IMG/VR virus record: IMGVR_UViG_3300038318_000112
Span: 1 to 64,000 of that record
DNA: 64,000 nucleotides
Source: an uncultured virus (IMG/VR IMGVR_UViG_3300038318_000112)
Taxonomy: Duplodnaviria > Heunggongvirae > Uroviricota > Caudoviricetes
Reading direction: 5' to 3' (one strand)
Shown: positions 57,634-64,000 of the stretch, piece by piece
Layout: every line of letters begins with the position of its first letter
Position numbering within the stretch: position 1 is the stretch's first letter
The notes under the pieces: generated by a model
The model's input: the letters and a program-made list of their open reading frames with translations, nothing else
What the model was told of the DNA's origin: nothing
Databases searched by the model: none
Made by a program: the position numbers and the translations under genes

Positions 57634-59658
57634 CTATGCCATTACAACGTCTGCTTCAATATCTTCCAGTTTCTTTGCTATCCTGACTGCGATCTTGTCG
57701 ATGTCAGCCTCTTCCCTGACCACTATCTTATCAGCCAGTTTGTTTACTACCACCGAGCGTGATGTGCCCATTCTCCGGCTTTCACCGTTACTGTATACGC
57801 TCGATCCTTTCGGCATCTGCACATACTCCGGCCCGTTTTCGCCGACCAGCGCCATATTGCCCGTGAAGTTCCTCGTGCCTTTTGCCAGCTGTGGAATCTT
57901 CGGAATGTTGAACCCAATAGACTTACCGCCTATTTTCGGCACCCATGACGGGATGCTTACGTGCAGGCTGTTGATTCCGCTTATAGCCTTGTTAACGAGC
58001 CAGATCACGCCGTTGAGCGGTGCTTTCGCAACTGCCTTGATGCTGTTGAATATGGTCTTGAATATCTGCACAACGCCTTTCCAAGCCTTACCCCAGTTGC
58101 CTGTGAATACGCCTGAAACGAAGTTGTTGAGTCCGCCGAGTACGCCTTTAACTCCATAAGTCGAGTTCTTGCATGACTTCATGAATGTCTTTGTGGCTTT
58201 CCCCGCAGCTTTGAATTTCTTATCCATATGGCTTGCAAATTTGGATATCTTATCCTTTGTACTGTCAAGAGCAGCTCCAAAGCCCTTCTTGAGTGAGGAT
58301 CCTGTTTTCTTGATATGCGACCACAGCTTCGTGAATATGCCGAACTTCTTTTGCAGAACTATCAGTACTACTACTACTGCCGCTATAGCCGCTATGACCC
58401 ATGTAAGAGGTGATGCGAGCATTGCAGCATTAAGCCCTACCTGTGCTCCTGTTGCTGTCTTTGTTGCGGCTGCCTGTGCTACTGTAGATCCGGTAGCAAG
58501 CGCCGCTCTCGCGGCTGATATTGTCATGAGCGCGTTATTGATCGCAACTGCTGTTTTCCATGCTCCCCAGATGCCGACTCCTATAGCAAGAGCTTTCGTA
58601 ACCGTGGATATGGCATTCGAGAGATTTGTAAAGGAGCTTTTACTTCCTCCAAGTTTCCCGATCCATCCGAACACAGTAGATACTCCAGTCGCTACTGACG
58701 TAAGACCTTTAAGAACGCCGGACACAAGCGCACCGAACACAGATGCCATCATCTTGATCGATGTCAGATTGTCTTTTTTGCCTAGCGCCTTGTTCATGTT
58801 TGTGAGCGCTGGCATAATGCCCTGACCTATCTCGAGTTTCACTCCGGCCATTTTGTTTTTCAGCTGTGCCATCTGGCCTTGCGGAGTTTTCGCGATGGCC
58901 TTGTTCATGTCACCTACGTTATTATTAATAACGCTTGCGAGTGCTGCCGCTCTTTCCTGTTCTGATCCGTATTTAATGGCTTTTTCCTGTGCAGCGGTAA
59001 AACTGATACCTACACGCTTGAGCGCGCCTGTCTGGCCCTGCATGACCTTGCCGACCATGTTGCCGATGTTTCTCATGTCTTCGCCAGTAGCGTTGACACC
59101 TTTTTGCTGTACGGCTAAATTATCCATAGCAGGAATCAGTGTTTTGAGCGATTTTTCCTCGTTCAGGAATGTAGCCATCTGCTGAGCGCCCTGCATCTGG
59201 GTAGTAGTCCCTAGAACGCCTGTCTGAGACTCAGCTGTCATAGTGCTAGTTACGCCCTTGATGTTATTCGTACCCATACGTTCCTGCATGATCGTTGCCA
59301 GCTTTGTTTCCTGCTGGGTACGGTTCATAGCAGCGCTGATAGAGTCGCTTATAAGCGTGAAAGCTTTCTGCACGGCGTAAAGCCCGCCGACTGTGCCTAT
59401 GATTCCTTTGATTGATCCAAGAAGCCCCGAGCTCTTTGTCCGTGTAGTTGCCATTGCTCCGCCGACATTATTCACTCCGGTGCGGAGTTTTGAGAACCCG
59501 CCCGTTGCTGTTTCTGCCTGTTTCGCGACTCCGGATATCGGAGATGAGCTTGCAGTGCGTTTAAGAGCGCTGTCTACTGCTGTAGTATTTGATGCTATTT
59601 TTTTAAGTGGTCCCGACGCTAGGTCATTGATCACAAAATCTGTTCTTACAGTGCCCAT
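57634..59658 (-). CDS. Tape measure protein
   Basis: Ala/Gly-rich helices; IP.LAKGT...LVGE.GPE; REEADIDKIA. Confidence 0.9.
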   Translation of the reverse strand: MGTVRTDFVINDLASGPLKKIASNTTAVDSALKRTASSSPISGVAKQAETATGGFSKLRTGVNNVGGAMATTRTKSSGLLGSIKGIIGTVGGLYAVQKAFTLISDSISAAMNRTQQETKLATIMQERMGTNNIKGVTSTMTAESQTGVLGTTTQMQGAQQMATFLNEEKSLKTLIPAMDNLAVQQKGVNATGEDMRNIGNMVGKVMQGQTGALKRVGISFTAAQEKAIKYGSEQERAAALASVINNNVGDMNKAIAKTPQGQMAQLKNKMAGVKLEIGQGIMPALTNMNKALGKKDNLTSIKMMASVFGALVSGVLKGLTSVATGVSTVFGWIGKLGGSKSSFTNLSNAISTVTKALAIGVGIWGAWKTAVAINNALMTISAARAALATGSTVAQAAATKTATGAQVGLNAAMLASPLTWVIAAIAAVVVVLIVLQKKFGIFTKLWSHIKKTGSSLKKGFGAALDSTKDKISKFASHMDKKFKAAGKATKTFMKSCKNSTYGVKGVLGGLNNFVSGVFTGNWGKAWKGVVQIFKTIFNSIKAVAKAPLNGVIWLVNKAISGINSLHVSIPSWVPKIGGKSIGFNIPKIPQLAKGTRNFTGNMALVGENGPEYVQMPKGSSVYSNGESRRMGTSRSVVVNKLADKIVVREEADIDKIAVRIAKKLEDIEADVVMA

Positions 59659-59852
59659 CAGTCCACCTGCCTTTCCGCTTCTTTCATTTCTTTTTCTTTG
59701 ATCTCATCCTTCGTATTGATAGCGGCTATGATGAAGGCCTTGCTTTCATCGTCCATTGCGAGATAATCTCTCGGCATGATGTTGAATTCGCAAAGACACC
59801 TCATCGCCACTATTGCTTCCGGGTCAGGATCGTCCCCGGTCAGGAGTTTTTT
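59658..59852 (-). CDS. -1 frameshift extension of tail assembly chaperone
   Basis: A AAA AAC heptamer at 59846-59852; the -1 frame stays open (LLTGDDPDPEA...ERQVD) to a TGA overlapping the TMP ATG. Confidence 0.8.
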   Translation of the reverse strand, partial: KKLLTGDDPDPEAIVAMRCLCEFNIMPRDYLAMDDESKAFIIAAINTKDEIKEKEMKEAERQVD

Positions 59853-60274
59853 GCTTCTTTTGACTTAGAATCGAGGTCTTCATTCAGCCCGAGAGCTTCG
59901 GAGATCACGTTCTGCAGTTCAAGGAACTCACCGTAATTATCCATCATGGCGTAGAGCAGATCGCCCGGAGTCGTTACTCCATAGCTGTCCTGCAGTTCTG
60001 CGTCACGAAGATCCGGATCGGATATGCACTCACACATAAGAGCGAGCAGATATTCTTCCTGCTTAAAAACTTCCTTAGTCTGACCGTACTTGCCAGGGAC
60101 AGGCTCTTCGAAAGTGAATTTCTTTTTGAGCTTGTCTACCTGTGCAGACGATATATGCCTTATAGTCCATAAGAGCGGGTTGCCCTTGCTGTCTACAAGT
60201 GACTTTGTAGCCGGATATTTGATATCCGGCTGCTCAGCCTTGTTCTGTTTCATAAAACGTTCGAACTTTGACAT
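59840..60274 (-). CDS. Tail assembly chaperone (XkdN-like)
   Basis: PDL.DAELQDSYGV, GE, ends EAKNS. Confidence 0.88.
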   Translation of the reverse strand: MSKFERFMKQNKAEQPDIKYPATKSLVDSKGNPLLWTIRHISSAQVDKLKKKFTFEEPVPGKYGQTKEVFKQEEYLLALMCECISDPDLRDAELQDSYGVTTPGDLLYAMMDNYGEFLELQNVISEALGLNEDLDSKSKEAKNS

Positions 60275-60277
60275 TTA

Positions 60278-60763
60278 TTAGTCCTCCATCCCGTTCAGCG
60301 GAGTAAACGTCTCAGGAAGATCCCAGTCATCGAATGTGCCGGAGATATCCTCCTCAAGAGATTCTGCGTTTGCGTCCAGTTTCGCGAGAGTGAATGAATC
60401 ACTCAGGCAGTCGTAAAGGATGGTTGTCTTCCTGCCCGTGTCAGATGACGAATCGTTGTTGACGATCTGCATCTGGAAGTACGGAGCACCAGACTTTCCG
60501 TCCTTATAGTCCGTCCACGCCTGTCTTTCGATATCGTGAACGTAGTAGCCTTTGCCTTTAAATTTGCCTTCCATAGTGCCAGGCTTGTGCCCTACCATGT
60601 TGCTGTTCAGCGTTGCTACTGTCCCCGACTTGGAATCTACTGTTGCTTCGATCTCAGTCAGGTTCATGAGCGTGTAGCGCTTGCCTCCAAGCACCATGAA
60701 CACATATCCTTCTTTTCCGCTGACGGCGTTTATTCCGTCCATTGACGATACTTCTTTATTCAT
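60278..60763 (-). CDS. Tail tube protein (XkdM-like)
   Basis: SG..G, GHK, N.D.SS..GR, LAK.D, TF.D.D. Confidence 0.88.
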   Translation of the reverse strand: MNKEVSSMDGINAVSGKEGYVFMVLGGKRYTLMNLTEIEATVDSKSGTVATLNSNMVGHKPGTMEGKFKGKGYYVHDIERQAWTDYKDGKSGAPYFQMQIVNNDSSSDTGRKTTILYDCLSDSFTLAKLDANAESLEEDISGTFDDWDLPETFTPLNGMED

Positions 60764-60773
60764 ATTCTGCCTC

Positions 60774-62075
60774 CTAACCTATCAGCATAGTGACGTACAG
60801 TTTTTCGACTGTGCCGACTACTGTCAGCGCGTCTGTTACTACTACGTCTCCTTTGCCTTCTCCGGCTTCTACAGTGAGGTCTGCAGTGTCATAGCCTGTA
60901 ACTGCGCCCTTCTGCTCATACTTCTTATGCAGAGCGGATATCTCGCCCCACAGGCTCATGCGTCCGTCCTTGTTGTTCGGTACGAGTCCGATGTACTTAG
61001 TGTTCGCTATGCTGCACACTTCTGTTGCGAAGCCGTCTACAGTACGTACAGTTTCGTTCTTGGCGAACAGATTGCTCTTCGCTGTAGTGTATGTAGTGAG
61101 ACTGTTTACATCCATGAGGACTCTGATATCGTCTCCGTCTCTGTGGAATGCGAGTTCGCCATCAGTTATAGCGAGTTCGAGTTCTGCCTGTGAGAGCGTC
61201 GGTGTTACTGTATATTCACCGTCGTACTTAAAGTTTGTCAGTGATCCAGGCACCTTGCACCCAGCCTCAGCTCCGGTGAGCCAGTAAACGAGTGCTGATG
61301 CACTTGCTCCGGTGTCAGATACAGTATTTTTAAGATTAATAACTCCCTCATAGTCAGCCGCGTCCTGATATGCAACAAGCTGGAACTTCGAGCCCTGCTC
61401 ATCTCTCATGCGCTTCGTGTATGCTACGTACATATCCTTCGTTGTTGCGTCTGAGCTGTCGAGTCCGAGCACGTTGAATGACTGGCTCTCGAACGCTGTA
61501 AGTGCCGCCTGATGAGCCGTACCGTCTACAGTACCGTTCGTACCGCCTGCCAGTGCTAGAGTGCCTACAGCCAGTGTTGATGACTTAATAAAGTCAACGA
61601 AGCTGTTATCAACAAGTCCAGTAGCAGCTGATACCGTCTGCGTATCTACTGTGTTATTTCCGAGCCTGGTGACTACATCGTATTTCGTCTCATCATCAAC
61701 GTTTTTGCTGACTACAATAGACAGGCTGTTGCCTCTGGTTCCTGTGTATTTCGCTGTAGCGTATGTATTGGACGCTTTTGTGCCGCCCGATGTAAGCTTA
61801 TAAGCTATCAGCTTTGTAGCGTGCTTAAATATCTCTCTTATATCCTTCATCGCATCGTCTTCGAGCGAATAACCGAATATTTTGAGAGCCTTAGCACGAA
61901 CTTCTGACGCAAGCACAGTGAACGCAGTACTGTCAGGACCCCAATCAAGTGTGAGCCCCATTGCCGCCGTTCCTCTGTCGCTGGCATCCGCCGTGTAGCT
62001 TTTGGACACGACATTGATGTATGTGCCAGGTATGATCTTATCCATAGCCTGGAATGTTCCACCGCCTAATGCCAT
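60774..62075 (-). CDS. Contractile tail sheath (XkdK-like)
   Basis: MALGGGTF...K.IPGTYIN, AKY.G.RGN, YIG...N...GR. Confidence 0.93.
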   Translation of the reverse strand: MALGGGTFQAMDKIIPGTYINVVSKSYTADASDRGTAAMGLTLDWGPDSTAFTVLASEVRAKALKIFGYSLEDDAMKDIREIFKHATKLIAYKLTSGGTKASNTYATAKYTGTRGNSLSIVVSKNVDDETKYDVVTRLGNNTVDTQTVSAATGLVDNSFVDFIKSSTLAVGTLALAGGTNGTVDGTAHQAALTAFESQSFNVLGLDSSDATTKDMYVAYTKRMRDEQGSKFQLVAYQDAADYEGVINLKNTVSDTGASASALVYWLTGAEAGCKVPGSLTNFKYDGEYTVTPTLSQAELELAITDGELAFHRDGDDIRVLMDVNSLTTYTTAKSNLFAKNETVRTVDGFATEVCSIANTKYIGLVPNNKDGRMSLWGEISALHKKYEQKGAVTGYDTADLTVEAGEGKGDVVVTDALTVVGTVEKLYVTMLIG

Positions 62076-62076
62076 A

Positions 62077-62268
62077 TTAATTTACCTCCTTGTTTCTATA
62101 ATCTTCTATCGCTTTGTCTGTCTCGGCGATGGTGTATGTTTTGCCATCGCTAAGCAGTGCGCTCAGCAGGTCTTTATCTCCCGCATATTTACGCGATTTG
62201 ATAAGCGATTCTTTTGCGAATTTGTTCTCTGCGGTTTTTTCTGCCGCAGGTTTCTTATCTTTTGCCAT
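62077..62268 (-). CDS. Small tail-associated protein
   Basis: F.KE.L..S.KY....D.L.ALL.D.K.YT. Confidence 0.7.
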   Translation of the reverse strand: MAKDKKPAAEKTAENKFAKESLIKSRKYAGDKDLLSALLSDGKTYTIAETDKAIEDYRNKEVN

Positions 62269-62271
62269 ATT

Positions 62272-62706
62272 TTATCCTTTCACCGTCACCGCGACGTTGC
62301 TCATGTCTGTGTCTGCCACAGGAATGTAAGTGCGTGCAATATACCTCACTTTGTAAGTGAGAACGTTATCTACTATGTCAGATTCTGCTTTGATCCGTCT
62401 AGCCATGACCGCAGTACTGAGATTTCCTCCAGCTGGTATGGTTATGGTTTCGAGCGCATCTTCAAGCGTGTCTATGACATCATAGATCTCTGTCTTCTTC
62501 TCAGGTCCTTGCGGGAAATACTGGATCGCGAATACAGCGTCATATGTACGTGAAGCACACATTTCTCCTTTGATGCTAGGAGATATCATCGTGATCAGAA
62601 AAGTCTTAGGCTTTATGCCCTGAGTCACCGTCTCTGCGAATATCTTGCTGTCCGGATACCATGTATGTATAGCTGCTGCTATTCCTTTTTTGATTCCATT
62701 AAACAT
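62272..62706 (-). CDS. Tail terminator
   Basis: E...QG...P.F, F.I.YFP; synteny. Confidence 0.75.
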   Translation of the reverse strand: MFNGIKKGIAAAIHTWYPDSKIFAETVTQGIKPKTFLITMISPSIKGEMCASRTYDAVFAIQYFPQGPEKKTEIYDVIDTLEDALETITIPAGGNLSTAVMARRIKAESDIVDNVLTYKVRYIARTYIPVADTDMSNVAVTVKG

Positions 62707-63139
62707 TTATTATCTCCTTGACCTGCTCTTCTATGCATTTTCTGACCGCGGGTCCGGCGATCCTCTGCATTTCTGCTTCGGACTTCGCTGTAAAAAACTG
62801 GCCCTCCACCCACGGAGCAACAAGCCGCTTGCCTAGAGCCGGAACATAACGTCCAACGTCCTGCATATGACCGTTCTCCACATACTCTGCGTATGCTGTA
62901 GGATTTATGAGTGCCAGCATATATACCGATCCGGACTTGGACCGTTCGCTGTTTTCCATCTTCCAATTGTTTTTTAAAAGTCCTGTTTTGCCTACCGGAG
63001 TGCGTGACTTCACCTTCTGAACAAATCTGTTTCCAAGTTCATCCAGCGCAGTATTCATAACGCCTTCGAGCTCGATGCTCGACAGCTTGTCGATGAATGC
63101 CTTAAGTTCCGTATCATTGATAGTAATATCCTTAGACAT
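62699..63139 (-). CDS. HK97 gp10-family neck protein
   Basis: RTPV..TG.L...W, YA.YVE.GH. Confidence 0.85.
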   Translation of the reverse strand: MSKDITINDTELKAFIDKLSSIELEGVMNTALDELGNRFVQKVKSRTPVGKTGLLKNNWKMENSERSKSGSVYMLALINPTAYAEYVENGHMQDVGRYVPALGKRLVAPWVEGQFFTAKSEAEMQRIAGPAVRKCIEEQVKEIINV

Positions 63140-63513
63140 TATGCGTACTCCTCATACAGCCTCAGTGGTATCTCCTGGTGGGAAACATACACGGCAGGCT
63201 GCCCTGACAGCTGATACTTTACTGTTGTGCCGTTCTGCGTCACGACTATCTTGCTACCTGTCTTGATCACCAGCGCCGGATCGCAGTAAAGAGAAATCTC
63301 CTGCACTACGGATCCGCTTTCTGACTGATCATCTGCATTGACCGTCTTATAAGACACTCTGCATGGAGTATCCGTATATTTCGGGTCATCTGACAGCGTA
63401 GGAAGGCCTGTGGTCGCGTCTGCTGAACTTTCTAAGACTTCATAGACTGTCATAGTTCCTGCGTACATAGAAGCCTGTGCGGTCTTTAGAACGCTTGCAT
63501 CCATAGTTACCAC
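63139..63513 (-). CDS. Head closure protein
   Basis: PCR.S, I..GSKI.VTQ.G, Y.SHQEI. Confidence 0.75.
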   Translation of the reverse strand: MVTMDASVLKTAQASMYAGTMTVYEVLESSADATTGLPTLSDDPKYTDTPCRVSYKTVNADDQSESGSVVQEISLYCDPALVIKTGSKIVVTQNGTTVKYQLSGQPAVYVSHQEIPLRLYEEYA

Positions 63514-63884
63514 CTCAGTTTCCTGTACGCTATCTCGAGGTCGTTCAGTCCGTCTATCATCTGCATGAGTATCTTGGAGAACTTAGTCTCTGCGCTGTCA
63601 TCGTCTGCAAACGTGAATGAGCTGTCTCCCTCAGTTATCGCTTTTACTGTAGCGTCGAAAGTATATCCTGTCAGTTTCCCGATTCCGAGAAGCTGCTGCA
63701 GATATTCCCCGCATACGCGATCCACCATCGCGCTATCGAGGTCGCTCGGCGCAGCAGATACATTGCAATTGATTTTAACTTCCGCAGTTACCTTATCCAT
63801 AAGGAACTGTAGCGCAGTGTCTTCTGAACTCTGCGCTACATATCCTAACTGGCTAAGTCTTTCCTTTACTGCTTGAAGCGTCAT
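63507..63884 (-). CDS. Head-tail connector
   Basis: CN....P..L, I.EGD.S..F, YRKLRW. Confidence 0.78.
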   Translation of the reverse strand: MTLQAVKERLSQLGYVAQSSEDTALQFLMDKVTAEVKINCNVSAAPSDLDSAMVDRVCGEYLQQLLGIGKLTGYTFDATVKAITEGDSSFTFADDDSAETKFSKILMQMIDGLNDLEIAYRKLRW

Positions 63885-64000
63885 TTCTTGCCTTTTCCGG
63901 TGGACTTTTTAGGTGCTTCTTTTGGCTCAGGTGCTTCATCGGCAGGAGCTTCTGTAGGAACCTCCGCTTCATCAGCGACCTTTTCAGTAGCTTCTTCCGC
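63881..64000 (-). CDS. Acidic low-complexity protein, 5' end off the window edge
   Basis: Open frame ...AEEATEKVADEAEVPTEAPADEAPEPKEAPKKSTGKGKK stop. Confidence 0.55.
   Translation of the reverse strand, partial: AEEATEKVADEAEVPTEAPADEAPEPKEAPKKSTGKGKK

Larger units (their letters stand above)
51054..64000 (-). mobile_element. Phage B: PBSX/Xkd-like myovirus neck-tail-baseplate module (partial)
   Basis: Connector, closure, HK97 gp10, terminator, sheath, tube, TAC, TMP, LysM, hub, baseplate J, fibres; visibly higher GC than phage A. Confidence 0.92.

Noticed and set aside
108..63876. Most plus-strand ORFs in the track (for example 26342-26905, 57464-58159, 58169-58825)
   Set aside because: Antisense shadows of well-supported minus-strand genes, without RBS or recognisable motifs.
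51237..64000. Tailocin, or a second tail encoded by phage A
   Set aside because: Head-tail connector and closure genes are present, composition differs from phage A, and the join coincides with shared sequence and a scaffold gap.

Overview
The window holds two different Firmicutes (Clostridia-like) phage genomes, with almost all genes on the minus strand. Phage A (about 1-47150, AT-rich) is a siphovirus. Its virion module is A118-like, with a fused TerS-TerL and an endolysin placed between terminase and portal. It has a nearly autonomous replisome: PolA, beta clamp, gamma/delta'/delta clamp loader, primase, DnaB, DnaC-like loader, initiator, SSB, RecA and a SNF2 helicase. It also has a 7-deazaguanine DNA-modification cluster (dpdA-like, SAM methyltransferase, queD, queE, folE; no queC) and two inteins. 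Phage B (about 51054-64000, more GC-balanced) is the neck, contractile tail and baseplate module of a PBSX/Xkd-like myovirus. Between them (47150-51050) lie two holin modules, a truncated integrase with an attP carrying the 3' end of tRNA-Ala, and an autoregulated two-gene moron. Both phages carry a mosaic, near-identical DUF6273-type receptor-binding domain, and base 1 of the window equals base 51413. Phage A therefore probably closes as a circle of about 51 kb, and phage B was probably scaffolded on through the shared sequence (N-gap at 51044-51053). The strongest findings are: (1) a DnaX intein whose central region is dual-coding, with a separately translated Vsr/EDxHD-type endonuclease in the +1 frame and its RBS hidden in a conserved intein motif; (2) a QueC-less deazaguanine pathway with an embedded methyltransferase, whose enzymes share a basic-LF C-terminal tail that may dock on the phage clamp; (3) an orphan DGR target (VR-like codons, GAAT hairpin, two differently truncated avd-like stubs, no TR or RT); (4) a repeated, covarying structured leader element. 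All family assignments come from motif recognition by eye, not from database searches.
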